64,000 bases of DNA from Ramazzottius varieornatus (taxonomy: Eukaryota > Animalia > Tardigrada). The notes beneath the pieces were generated by a model. It saw only the letters and a program-made list of their open reading frames with translations. It had not been told where the DNA came from and ran no database searches. Location: the NCBI GenBank assembly GCA_001949185.1, contig BDGG01000006.1, positions 1,594,827-1,658,826 of the forward strand, read 5' to 3'. Of this stretch, positions 1-13,000 are shown piece after piece (positions within the stretch are counted from its first letter, which is position 1; each line of letters begins with the position of its first letter). A program made the translations under genes and the position numbers.

Positions 1-605
1 AGCGATTCTTCCTTAAGGCTTGCTCTCCTCAAGCATCCGTCAGACCTGCAGGACAAGGAGCAATCGTCCACGAATATGCGAAAGTTTCTAAAATCAGGAA
101 TAACTATCGGCATTAGGATTCAGGAAACGAGATGACATACTGTAACTGACATTGTTATGTTTTATGACGTTAGGCAACACGTGGGTACAGGTAATGCTCC
201 GATTGATTGACAGATTGAATGACATGTCAGTTTACGTAATGTGACATTACATTCAAACAGCTGTTCCACTGGCCCTACTCAGAATTCAGATTTATTTAAA
301 TCCACAGATTTAGCTCAGCTAAATTCGCGTGCAGATTGGCCCATAGCCTAAATGTAGCCCGCCCATCGAGCTAAATCTAATGCACCGAAACAGGTCGATT
401 TAGCTAAATCCAGCGGCGTAAATCCAGTTGTGACGTCACATGGCTTACTGTTTTCCACCGAAAACAGCTGTTTTGCACTCGTCACCCGGTACTTCAGAGA
501 CGTGTTCTGGCGCGAAGACGGAAACATTTTCAACGTTAGTTTCATGATACTTTTATTTTGATTCACTTTATGTTAGGTCGCTGAAGTTCGTTTTTTCTTT
601 CGGAA

Positions 606-1969
606 ATGTCTTCTTGCGACGCTCCTTCGATACTCTACAGAGGACAGCTGCTTCCTAAACCAGCAGTTCAGCAAGTTCTTGTACAAAGTAGGATGGCAGA
701 AAAGTGTACGGTTCAAGCCACGAAGAGGGAAGGATGGACTAAGCAAGCAGAAGAAAGCCTCCTCCAGTGGTTAGAAACACCTGGAAACTACGACAAGTTT
801 CGGTCTGCTCCGCAAGACAAAGGAGATGGAAGGAAGAGAACTAGCTCCAACACCAGGATGGACATCACGCGGAAGATCGTGGAGCATCTTGCAAAGTCGG
901 GTGCTGTAAAGACGGAAAAACAAGTAACCACTAAAGTCCATAACCTTGTTGGGAAATGGAAAGAGGCTCATCTAGCCAAGACTGGGACTGGTTTCGGTGT
1001 CAATGGCGAAGGAACCAAAAACGGAAAAGCGCTACGGGGTAAGACGAACTTTCAATTTACGGAACTGTAAAAAAACATTTCATCTTGCTTTCAAATGAAC
1101 GATTTGCTCACTTTCGAGTTTTCGCTGGTGGTTAGACAGTTCTGATTGGTTGATTATTTCAAAGCGCTATAAGGTAAGATGAGGCTGTCAAAATACGAAA
1201 GTGTGTAAATACGGTTTGTTTAAGCTTTTACCGAACGATTTGCTCACTTTCGTGTTTTCGGTGATGGCTCAGCAGCTTTGATTGGCTGATTATTGCAGAG
1301 ACCATACTCGACATTTGCAAGTACTGGGACCGTCTTGATCCTGTTTTCCGCGATCGTGCTGGGATGTCTGCACCTTTTACAGGTGATAACGAAGATGGCG
1401 TGGCGACCAACGTTTTCACACTAGCCGTAACAGATAACACGGAAAAGACTATGGAATTTCCCGAAGGGACAGCCGAAGTTTCAGCAGAAGTACCGAAAGA
1501 CAGACCGACTTCTCGCTACTCTGAATTAGAGGACCATCGGTCGGTTGCTGATAAGATGCTTGACGGTGATTATGTTCCATCAGACGACGAAGAAACTCTC
1601 ACTGGATCACCTGGCTCAGCTTCAAAGAAACGTCCAAAAAAATTCAAGTCTTTGTGTGACGGCATGGATAAAAAGCCAAAAGAGAAAACAATGGATCTGG
1701 TAGGGATACTCGTGGCTAGCGGGAAAGAAAGGAATGAGCGTGCAGCGGCTAGGAACGAGGTCATGGAACGACGATTCACCCGAGAGTTGGACTTGAAAGA
1801 AAAAGAACTGAGACTGAACGAACAGCGACAGAAAGATGATCACGAGACGAAGATGGAAGAGCTCAGAATTCGACACCAAGAGATTGATCTACGCAAAGCC
1901 GAAATGGAATTCAAACGGACGGAGATGCTTCTAGAGTTGGAGAGATTGAAGCAGCAGCGTTTACAGTAG
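606..1969 (+). CDS. Harbinger-associated Myb/SANT-like DNA-binding protein (exons 606-1038, 1299-1969)
   Basis: WTKQAEESLLQWL...KQVTTKVHNLVGKWKEA trihelix-like motif. A GT-AG intron at 1039-1298 joins it in frame to ETILDICKYWDRLDPVFRDR and a C-terminal coiled coil. Confidence 0.85.
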
Positions 1970-2227
1970 TGGTTTCCACCATGAACACCAAGACACGAAA
2001 GTTAGGAAATTAGACTTCTTACTTTTTGCTAAACCAAAAAATCCAACTTTCTAATTCTAATCGCTATTGAGACTTGAAATCGAAGTGAACTGGACTGAAT
2101 CGAATACGTTTTTCTGGAATAAACGAACTGTTGATATTTTCTTTCTTCCAGAGCATCGATCGTTGGAGAAACGTTCTCTGAATCATGAAATGATACGAAA
2201 AATTAGCTTTCATGATTCCACTTAAAT

Positions 2228-3660
2228 TTACTGCCATCTTAAGACATATTGCTTGATTCTTTCTCGTTTGGTTGAACCTCGTTCAGTCGCTACCGCTTGT
2301 TGATTCGGGTTTGGAATCGGGCCGTCATCACCATCATCTTCCACTGTCCACTCTTCATCATATTCGTCGTCCAGAAGCATATTGTGCAGCATGCAACACG
2401 TTCTGATCCAGTACACAGCGAATTCGTGATCTTTCTTATTCTTGATTCTTAGTCGCAAGGCTTTTAAACTTTGGAAACGGCCTTTGAGCATTCCAATAGT
2501 CTGTTCCACGATAACCCTAGCCTGACTATGAGCTGTGTTGAAAGCCGTGTTCTCGTGACTGTTGGCCAGGGGTTTCTTGAACGTCGGGACTATAATATCC
2601 GATACGGGATAGGCGCTGTCAGCAAGCAGATATTCATGACCAGAAAAATATTTGAATGGATTCAGAGCTAGCTTCGAATACATGAACACTCTGTGATCAT
2701 GAGAACAGCCTGGGAAACCAGCCAAAACATGACGGATGCGTTTCAGATCATCGCAGACGATCATGGCATTAATGGCATAGCTACCTTTCCGCGTGTAGTA
2801 ATCTTCCCCACACATGGATGGAGCTTCCTGTAAACCAATTAGTGACCCGTCAACATATCCGNNNNNNNNNNNNNNNNNNNNNNNNNNNNNNNNNNNNNNN
2901 NNNNNNNNNNNNNNNNNNNNNNNNNNNNNNNNNNNNNNNNNNNNNNNNNNNNNNNNNNNNNNNNNNNNNNNNNNNNNNNNNNNNNNNNNNNNNNNNNNNN
3001 NNNNNNNNNNNNNNNNNNNNNNNNNNAGTGACCCGTCACATATCCGAGGCAGTGGGGAAACCCTTGGTTTTTTTCGATACGAGCTTTGATGGTAGCTCGC
3101 TCGCTCGTGTTAGGCCAAGTAACGACAGTCTTTTCCAGCGAGAGTAACGCGTACATCACTCTTTCGGTGTAAAGGCTCACAGTGCCCTCTCCAATTCCCA
3201 AACGCGATCCAGCAGTCCATAAAGACGAAGCGGAACCGTCGAATCCAAACCGCGACAATGCTACCATAAGCTGATCAGGCACAGGAGCCTGTTCGTGATG
3301 ACTCTTGTTCCTGAAGACAATGTGAGAGCCTATTTTGTCCACAACAGCGAAAAATGCTTGCCTGGTCATTCGGGCGTTTCTCTTGAAGGTCAGCTCATCT
3401 GACTGGAATATCAGGTAGGCTAACTCTTTCGTTTTTGGTGAGTTCACTCGCGCGGAAAGGTAACGGCTTTGAGTGGCGAAATATCGAACGACAGCTATCT
3501 TGATTTCTTCATCATCTTCCGAACTGCTGCCATCAGTTTCGCACAACATCTCATCCTCTTCGTCGCTACTAGAATCCAGAACATCATGAAGCACAAGATC
3601 TGTCAGAATTTTGACGTCGACTGACCGAACAAGTTCTTTACGGTTAACTAGACGAGGCAT
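2228..3660 (-). CDS. Harbinger (HARBI1-like) DDE transposase, about 415 aa once the N gap is collapsed
   Basis: Motifs GFPHCLGYVDG, YYTRKGSYAINAMIVCD, PGCSHD, LLADSAYP, FNTAHSQARVIVEQTIGMLKGRF, CCMLHN. Confidence 0.93.
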
Positions 3661-3906
3661 GGTCGAACTGCTAGTAAGTGAGCGAGAAACAGAAAACTAA
3701 ACTTTGTCACAGCTGGAAATTCGAGATGCATTCTCGGTGACGTCACCTTGGAATCTACGTCATTGAATCGCTACCGTGATTTAGCCGTTATTTCGGCACT
3801 CAGAATTCAGGTCGTAAATTGGCTGTCTGATTGGTGGATTTCGCTAAATCAAGATCCAACTAAATAAGCCTGATTTAGATAAATCTGAATTCTGAGTAGG
3901 GCCACT

Positions 3907-5389
3907 GAGCGATGGCCGGATGATTTACCCAGTGAATCACCGAAAACACAGGATGGCTTTCCAACATCAAATACAGCCTGCCTCAGGACCGGCAATCAAC
4001 CCAATCAAGCTTTCTGATATGTTTGTCATTGCTGGTTTCGTACAACACGGTGACCGAACAGTAAGCAGTCAAGTACAATAGAAAAACACATGAATACTAG
4101 AAATGTAAATTAAACAAAAAGCCCGTAGACAGTATTGTTCCGATTATTGTAATTCGTAATTGAAAATGGTCAAATTTGACGGTTTTGGAATTTCGATATA
4201 ACAACTCAAATTACAAATTCTGGGTTGGTCATTTCGATCTTAATCGGAATTGAATCGGAATTCCCAAGAACGAGAATATATCTCAATGTACAATTGAAAT
4301 CCAAGATTTTGGTGATTCGAAAAATAACGGTCGCCAAAGAAGCACGCGAAATGCACGTGGATATATCACTTTCTTGCCTTGTGAAGCACCATCAGCGCTT
4401 GATTGAGTGACTAACGATGCGCTAGTGCACGTGCGCAGCAAAATTATGATGCGTACAAAGTGAAAAGCAAAGCTGCAATTCGTCCTTGTATGACGGATAC
4501 GCGACCAGCACCTGGGGGGCCTTCCTAGGGTTCTGTTTCTCCGGTGGGGTTAAGTTTACGCCTATGCGACGCACCGTGGCTCTTTCATGGAGCGCAACAG
4601 TCCGTAGTGACGACAGCCATCCGTACTGAATACCTTGGGAACGACGTATTTTCCGCGAGATACCAGAGGATCAATCCAAACGCTTACCCATCCGACGCGT
4701 GGTACCGAGCAGAAACCACAATTTTATGAAAACTCAAATTACGAAACACCACCTTAATAATCTGAATAATTTCAATTGTTGTGGAAACTTGAGTTTGAAT
4801 TAATCTTAACTGATAATCCAGCCAGGACGAGGTACCTGCAACTCAAACTACTGCTGCGCCACGGGTTCCGATTAATCGTAATTGCAATGGAAACTAAAAA
4901 AGTCATGTCGGAACAACAATGCCCGTAGAACCAATACCATACAAAAGAACCAAGTAATGCCCAACTACGGCTGATGTCAGCTGCTCCAGGCTTCACGAAA
5001 TGATGCGTTAACAGTCCAGTCGGCTCGACCACAATACTGCCAGACGGAAGAGTTGTCCAAACGCCAATGAGACACTTGATCGGCTTTTCGCTCTGGCATA
5101 TCGGGGTTACTCGTCAGTTCGATAGCATAGTCAACGTGATGTTTCGCAATGTTTCGAGGAGCTGACGTCTTCTGATAAAGTTGCGCCTGCGGAAATCCCT
5201 GCGCCGATCTGAGAACTGGAGCATTTAAAAACCGCTGGAATTGGGTTCGAACACCGCATCTCCGGTTTCGGACGAAAGAATGTGCGGATCGATGAGTAAT
5301 TTCCTCTTTCGACCGGTTCACAGCAGGCCGTACGGGAGAAACGGGTAATTTTTGATATTAGGCTGGGTAAATCATCCGGCCGTCAGCTG
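3907..5389. mobile_element. Non-autonomous hAT-type DNA transposon
   Basis: Inverted repeat GGCCGGATGATTTACCCAG at 3914-3932 and 5363-5381, with (G/C)AGC termini. 8-bp TSD GTTCCACT at 5390-5397 and at 263-270; the left copy is separated from the element by the Harbinger insertion. Confidence 0.75.
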
Positions 5390-5584
5390 GTTCCACTCTC
5401 GAGATTTTCTGTTGAAAGTTTCGACTTTCGAGTCTGCTCTTCCTTGAGTTCCTTCTTACTAGAATAACTGGATTTCTTATGTTTATGCGGAGTCAGGTCT
5501 CATCCTCGCTCTCACGGAGCTACAGGATACTTAGGCTGTATATAGCCGACTTTTCTCCGTGAACTTTTGCTTCCACAGAACAGC

Positions 5585-7759
5585 ATGGCAGCCGCCACAC
5601 CACCGCGCTTCGCCGTCCAGCGCAGTCCAGTCATCCTGGAGATGGGTTCCAAATTCATCAAGTGAGTATTCACCCCTTCACTCTGTATTAATAGTCTGCT
5701 TGCAGGGTTGCACGTTCTTCATTTCTCTTTGATCTGTGCAGAGTGGGTTTCGCTGGCGATCCTTCACCTCTAGCCATCATCCCAAGCGTAGGCAAGCTGC
5801 CTGGAGGAAAGGTAGGCATAAATCAGCCTCTCAGTTCATGTCGGCAGAACGTCACATGGCATACTGAAAATTGCACTTAGCCGTAGTAACGTCATGCGTC
5901 GCTTTGCAGCTGGGCAAAAGTTTTGTTTATTCCAGCTTGTAAGTTTGATGAACGAATCCATCACACCCGCTGAGCGTCTCGAGATGTTTACCATGTTTCT
6001 TTCCGACGTATATTTCAAGTAAGTTATTTTTGTTTGCTTTGTAGGAAATCATTTTGTGAACTTTGTTTTTGTAGAGTGTTACAGACGAATGCGAAGGATC
6101 GGAAGATTTTCGTCCTGCTGAACCTCTTCGACACGCACAGTCTGCAGAAAACCCTCATGTCGGTCCTGATCACCGCACTCGAAGTTCCTGCCGTCTGTTT
6201 CGTCTCTCCCCACATGACAATCTTTCCGTCCATTGGACCTCTCCACACCGGTCTCATCGTGGACATCGGCAGTGTCACTCGCCTCATACCCGTCTCCCAC
6301 AACTCTTCGATCGTCGGTGCGTGGGATCTCCTGCCCGGTATGGGCTTCGCTGGACTTGTCAAGTACAGTACATCAAACTCACGATTTCATTCTTTACCTC
6401 TCTCGTACACGATAATATCCAAAGGAACAGTTTTCTGATATTCTTTAGACACTTCAAGGATATCCTACCGAACGGAAGTCAAGTTACCAGTGCCAAACTG
6501 CAAGCTGGTGATGACCACTCGGACAACTTTGAAGATTCACTCAACTCAAGCCTTCGATCCGGTGCGAAAGCTTCGGGTGGTTGTTCGTTGGATGCTTCTG
6601 TGGCGTCTTATCAAACTCGACCTGCCATAACGAGTCTCGTGTCCTTTCAGAAGCAACTCCAGAAAGCAGCCGAAGTGAGGACCTGATCCAGGAACTCAAC
6701 GTCTCAGATGTCTGCCTGGAACTGATCAGTAAGTCCTTCCGCAGCTCGACCAGGCCAGTTCGTTGTGATTTATTGATGTTTTCCGGTTCATAGATCGCTG
6801 GCTAGCCTGTACAACATTTAGTAGGAGTAAGCGACTATTAGCTGGGGAGAAATACGGACCGGTAACATCTACTTATACTTATTCTAGAGTTGTTCGCTAG
6901 TTGGATAGCTGAGACTTACGGATAAAATTTAATATACATCAGTGAAAATTTTCAGGATTTTCCACCCTTCCCTGACATTCCTCTGCGTTTCAACACGGTT
7001 GATGGCACGAAGAGCTACGAACTGTGCCTCACTGGCCGCCAGTTGTAAGTCTACTCTCCTCTGTGTGGGTTTCCTCAACGAACTTTGACTTTTGGAAAAC
7101 ACGTTGTAATGATGTTCCAGGGAAGAGACTATGGAGGTGTTCTTCCAGCCGAACATTGACGGCGAGACACTACCCTCCGCCATCCTGAAAGTCATCCTGA
7201 AGTGTCCCATCGATCTCCGGAGAGCCATGATGGAGAACATCATAGTCGTCGGCGGAATGGCAGCTGTCAAGAACTTCATTCCCCGGATCAACAGCGAGCT
7301 CTACGCCATGGTCAAAGAAGCCGAGTTCGCTGAAAAGTTCCAGAACCCCACGTTCAGATTTGTGTCGACGGGAAAGGTACCACCCAACATTGTGGCTTGG
7401 AGAGGCTGTAAGTGGAGGGAACAGAAGTTCTTCGTTGACCGAGGTCGAAACTATTTGGGCCATGGGAAAATAAGCTCGACAAGATCGTTTTGAAGTGGCG
7501 CACGCTTCCTTCCAGTAACAAAAGAAACTTGCGTCACTTGGGAAAGTAGTCTTGTCGAGTTGGTTCGTTTGCCGAGCTCCAATTTCCTATTATCAATTTT
7601 GGTCATTTTGTAGGTAGCATTTTGGTACACGCTGATTATTTTCCGGACAACGCTTCGTTCTCACGAGACGATTACCTGCTGCGAGCCAGTCCGCACAACG
7701 TGTCGAATCTGCTGAAGGAGTGGTGCTACGTGGGAAAAGATAGACGGATCTCGCGCTAG
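5585..7759 (+). CDS. ACTR10: Actin-related protein, Arp10/Arp11 (dynactin) type, multi-exon
   Basis: Actin-fold motifs across spliced exons: SPVILEMGSKFIK/VGFAGDPSP, LHTGLIVDIG, TLPSAILKVILKCPIDLRRAMMENIIVVGG, NIVAWRGCSI, and C-terminal LLKEW. Internal exon boundaries are not all resolved. Confidence 0.8.
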
Positions 7760-9081
7760 ATTTTATGATCTATCTTAGGTTTCCTAGTTGCGCTGGACGC
7801 GCGGGTAACTGATTTGGGATACTTCAGCTGGATCTGAGTTGGACGGTTTATGTTTTCGGGTTTTTTTCTGACCGGTAGCAAACTTTCGTGACCGGTTCAG
7901 CTTTTCCTTGTTCAGACTGAGGTTACTAATATCTCTAAATTCGTTGAGTTGGATCAATATGGAACCAAGTCCCATAAATCTCGATCTTGTTTGTTGAAAC
8001 TGCTTGACGAATTAGACGTACAGTACTGTACACGACTACACGTGCAGAATGTCAGTGATTCAATGTAGTTTGTGAACATTACGTAGAAACTCAGACAAAG
8101 CATGGTCCTACGGCACGAAATCGGAAAAATTTGCAGTCCTAGAGCAAAATCGCGATGGATCTTAGTGCGTTTCCGACAGTGGAAATGGGAGAGAATGTTC
8201 GCCGTTGGCATAGAAGGGTAGAGCAAGTATCGATTGTAGAAAGCACGCGATCCGTCCGGCGACCCAGGAAACCACCACCAAAATCACGAACTGTCCATCA
8301 GCTACCGTGCTCCGACGCTCCGTTCTCTGATCGTGATATGAAGAAAGTCATTTCGGACTGGGTGATTTGGTCAGTGGCCAAAAATGTTCAGGAATCGGTT
8401 TTTTCATCTGGGCTGTTAGGGGCGAGTTGAAACGGCTGATGCAGCCTTGTGTAGCACTCATCGGAGTATCCCATGGTGCAAAGCTCATGGGCGTCAGATG
8501 AACGGTCGTCAGATGAACGGCAGACGAAGGTCCTACAGTGGTTATGATTGAACTTTGAACTATCGCGAGTGAGCGAACTAAGGCCTGTCTTTGCCTTTGT
8601 GGTGAGAACCGTCACGTCGTGGTGAAGGCTCGTACAGCACAAAGTCGATAACAGTGATTCATACGAGCGTACAAGACGAAGAGTATAGATGGCCGAGACC
8701 AAGATGGGGAGCCTGCAAACGATCTCGGAAGAATCGTTATCTTGTGTGGCGCAGTTTTCATTCCTGTTGGCGGGTAATGTACGCCATATGAACAACATCA
8801 TCCCGAGACTGTTTCCCGGGTACCCCGATAAGCGGGTATTACTGCAATGTTATAATAACGGTATGGGACAAAGAACAGTCAGTGTGAAGCAAATGATGGA
8901 CGGATAATCCTCCGGTGCGGATAATGGCTCCGGATACGGTGACGCACCCTGAAACAAAACTAAAACATCAGTCTCAGACAATATTCACAAATATGTATAT
9001 ATCAATAAGAACGTTAAGTCGAAGGAAGAAAAATTTGAAGGGATGCTGGCATTTATACCTGTGACGGCGAACTCTGCTCCA

Positions 9082-9696
9082 TCAAGCGCGTGCAACCTGT
9101 CCAGGGCGTGGCAAGGTGGGAACGTTTTGCATGGCCAGCATCACATCGCGCTGGTGAACCTGGAGAGCGCTGATTCTGCCACGCAAAACGCGGACGGTGA
9201 CGGCAAAGGCACACACCATCAAGACCAAAGCTGCGACGAGAGTTCCAGCAGCGATTTTGTACATGAAATGGTCGTCCATCAATGATCGCTTCTGGACATC
9301 GCAGCGGTGTTCCATCATGTTGTAAAACTCCAGGGCGTATTCAACCATTTTCACGCTGACCTGGTCCGCTGTCATGAAGTTCTCGTATCGCTGACTGACC
9401 ATGTGCAACATAGCCCCTCACATGATCACAAGGGATCTTGTACAGTAATCATGAGACCTCAAAAGCACATTTTTCCCAAAAATATCTGAAGGAAAAAATC
9501 ACAAATTCGTACTAGACTGTCGAGTTATCGTTTGACTCAGCAGACTTACATGCTCCATCCCTGTGATCATGGGCGTGACCGCTGAAAAGATGTGTGAAGC
9601 CACTCCGTGGAGTAAGGCTAGCCAGTTGCCGAGTACTCCATCCGCCATAACCATAACTATGACGAAGGCAAACAGAGCAATCCCGGCGGTGTCCAT
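9082..9696 (-). pseudogene. Cargo gene inside the Sola-like element: signal peptide plus single TM segment, disrupted
   Basis: Exon MDTAGIALFAFVIVMVMA...MEH|GTAAGT, an intron to about 9487, in-frame stops, then a TM segment IAAGTLVAALVLMVCAFAVTV followed by basic residues. Confidence 0.4.
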
Positions 9697-10057
9697 GATT
9701 TATTCCGGGATTTAGAAAGCGGAGATACCGTAAACGAAAAAGTAGGAAGGGGAATTTCTTGTGAGGAAAGATGGCAAGTTAGGACGAGAAACGTTCGACA
9801 AGTGGTTCTTTGTGTGACTGCACGGCGTTTCCGAACGTTTTACGTCTGAAAGTCGCAGTAACACTATTGTCTGTGATGAAGCGGTGTGCGTCACCGTAAA
9901 ACTTTGCTTCTACGCGTAAAAAAAAACTGGAAGAAATATTTGATGCGTTGGAGATCGCATCGTGCGGCTTCCTCGTTCTTCCGAAAGCGCAGTAGGAAAC
10001 ATTTCTTGCTCGAAATTTATGGTCCGCGTTGTTGTAACCTTGCTTACAAGTTAAGCA

Positions 10058-13000
10058 ATGGCGGACAATTTATTGCATCTCATTTGGAGCTTTTTCCACA
10101 GGGAACCGGCAAAAGTGAGAAAACGTTATCTTGCAGTATGCAAAGGTTGTTGCACTCGTCTTACCAATTCCCACGTTCCCTATCTGCTTGACCATATTCG
10201 GCAAAAATGCTCGAGCACGTCGACTGGCCACATGGCACTTGGGACAGCAGCCTCCAGCCAACATGCACAACCCGAGACCGCACAAGCATCGTCCGTAGCG
10301 CCACCTGGCGACAAAAAGCCCGAAAGTTGCGAAAGGAGAAGCGGACCTGACACTTCCACCTGCGGTCATTTGTCATCACAACTTAAAACATAAAAAGATG
10401 AAGATGACCATGATGGAAATAATTCGGATACGGATACTGATTCTTCAGGTAGGCACAGGAAGCAGCATTATGGTACAATGAAAAAAGTGCTTCATTTCTC
10501 ATGATCAAATTATGTTGAGTTATTGCGTGCTTGTGAGTTGGCTGAAGCTGCAGTAACGGGTCCACAATTCAAAATCGTTATTGAGTAGGAGATCGTAAGC
10601 GCTTGTTCCATTGTATAGTTAATTGACGGCTCACAGCAAATTAGTTCGAACGTCTGTGTGATTACAGTACAGACGAAATAATTTTAGTGATGGAGAGAAA
10701 CGAAGCCGAAATTGTGGAGCATGTGATTTATTTTATGTGACCAAAGCATGCTGCAATAAAACCCTATTCTTTTTTTCGTTCGTGCAGATAAAGAATGGGA
10801 AACTATTGCAGGAGTGTTTGCGCAGCCGGAAAAAGTTCCGCTGTGCGTACCTGGTTTCGAAGACATGGACTGTCAGCAGGACACCTTCCTAATTACACGG
10901 AACGACGACGCGCAATGGAACGACGTCGATCAAGTTGACGTGGAAGATGGAAATGAAATAATCAGCGAGAACTCGCCGGACGAGGCCGTATGGGAAAATA
11001 CGGAACAGATAATATCGAAAGATACTTTGACGAGCGATGAACTCGAGGCGATGGATACGATGGATGATCAGCAGGTATGCAGTAGCATTCGTCACTCATA
11101 AAGTACGGAAGCCGTACAATTTAAAACACAAAGGCTGTAGCTTCAAGTAACGGCATACAGCTGCGCAGAGTTGCTCGCGGTATACGTTGTGCGCAGGTCA
11201 TTGAATGATTTCCGAATCCCTTGCCTGTGGTTGTCTCGATCACCTGCATACAGTGTGAACTAATCATTGCGATTCGAATACGTGTGTGGGTGGAAAATTC
11301 CCCTCTGGAACAGAAAGCAACACTTCCGCCTTCCCTACATTTAGCGTATTCGCACATACGATTGCCATTACAGCCATGTGTTTATTTTAGGATCCTGCTC
11401 CGGCCATCGATAGACGGTGGGGGAAATTCGTGTGGAATACTGAGAAAGAAGATGGCCTGTACAACGACTTTATCACCAATCATGCATCATGTGGCCTGCG
11501 GTGTCACTTGACCATCAGTATAGAGTTACATCAAGGAAGGCGACGTACAATGAAGGAAATGTCCCGGCATGAAAGACGACTATGTCTGGCATCGATGCTA
11601 TCTATGGCTCTTCCTGCAGTGTTTGAGAAGGGCTCTTATGCGAAGTAATCGTTCAGTACTGATCGACCGTTATGTCTTAAAGCTTTCTGCTTCGCAAATG
11701 CAGCACCGAACAACACTGTCTACCGGTTGCGAACCTCTCAGGAATGGCGGGTTCCGTGTTGCAAAACCACCAGGCAATCGTGGTCGGGCGCTGAACTTCC
11801 TTCTTCAGAAAGCCAGCTTATTCGGATTGCCGATGCCAACGCCAGCACGGGCAGCATCCAAACCACCTTCGATCTATCTACCTTCGGATCTCTCTCCTAT
11901 GGTCTTGTACGTTCAGTACCTTCAGATGTTTCCGAAGGAGGGCGCAGAAAAGGGTGTCAGCAAGAACACCTCAAGATGGGAAAGCAGCTGGTGCCGCACG
12001 TGAGAGTCCGAGGTCTGCGCAGCGAAATGTGCAATGACTGCGAGCAGTACTCCAGCCGCATATATCACTGCCGATAGAAAGGCATTCCCTGTGATGATCT
12101 GTTGGTGAAGTGGAAAGCACACAAGCAAAGCGCGGACGATCAACGAGCTGAATATGTCAGCCACGTGGAAAGCAGCGTCGCAAGCTACAAACAGAATGGT
12201 TTCTTGGAGGGCAGTAAGTTTCTAGCGGGAAAAAATGCAACGCGCGTTATTGCTTTCGACTTCGCGCAGTCCGTGGGTCTTCCAAATCATGCCGACCAAG
12301 CGGCACCTATTTATTTTAAGGTAAGCTCGCCCACTATCGGAACACCTCAAACGTAGCGTTTTCATAGCTAGCAAAGTACGCAGCTGAGAAGTAACCAGGA
12401 TTACAGCGAACCCCAGCTGGACGGGGTACGAAAAGATTTTGGTTGTGTATTGCGACAACTGCGGCGGACAAAACAAGTAACGGTTCCGAATGGCGTATTG
12501 GGCCCACCTGATGAAAACCGGCAGGCATAACGATGTGGAGACTCACTTCCTACCTGTCGGGCACACAGGTTTCTTCGGCCGATGGAAGAAGGTATTTCGT
12601 AGTCAGAACACGGATCTGCCGGAAGATCTCAATACGGCTGTCGTGAATGCCGTTCCGAATACGGCAACATACAAGTACTCCGATGAACCCGATTACGAAG
12701 GTTTGACTGGAAAACATACCTTGATGAGCGTTACGAGCCCGTGGTCGGAATACAGTCGTCCTACTGCTTCAAGTTTTCCAAAACCGATCAAGGTACCGTG
12801 TTGAAACATTCCTACCAGGAAGGTGTTGACGAAAAGATGGTGCTGATGGAAACGTGGTTCAAGAAATGAACAGCCGGCGCAGGTTCGCCAGGTTAAGTTC
12901 TTACATGATCCCAAAACTTTTCTACTGCTGCCGTAAAGTACTCGCAACTTTCATTTACATATTCTCAGCAAAGTTGTATCTGCCTGTTCTGAACCATTTT

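Larger units (their letters stand above)
271..3903. mobile_element. PIF/Harbinger DNA transposon, autonomous-type, two convergent genes
   Basis: 32-bp TIRs GGCCCTACTCAGAATTCAGATTTAT(T/C)TAAATC at 271-302 and 3872-3903 (1 mismatch). 3-bp TSD ACT at 268-270 and 3904-3906. Contains a Myb/SANT-like gene (+) and a DDE transposase (-). Confidence 0.95.

Noticed and set aside
1097-1294. About 60-bp diverged direct duplication in the Myb-gene intron
   Set aside because: It is real, but appears to be a trivial duplication of the acceptor region.
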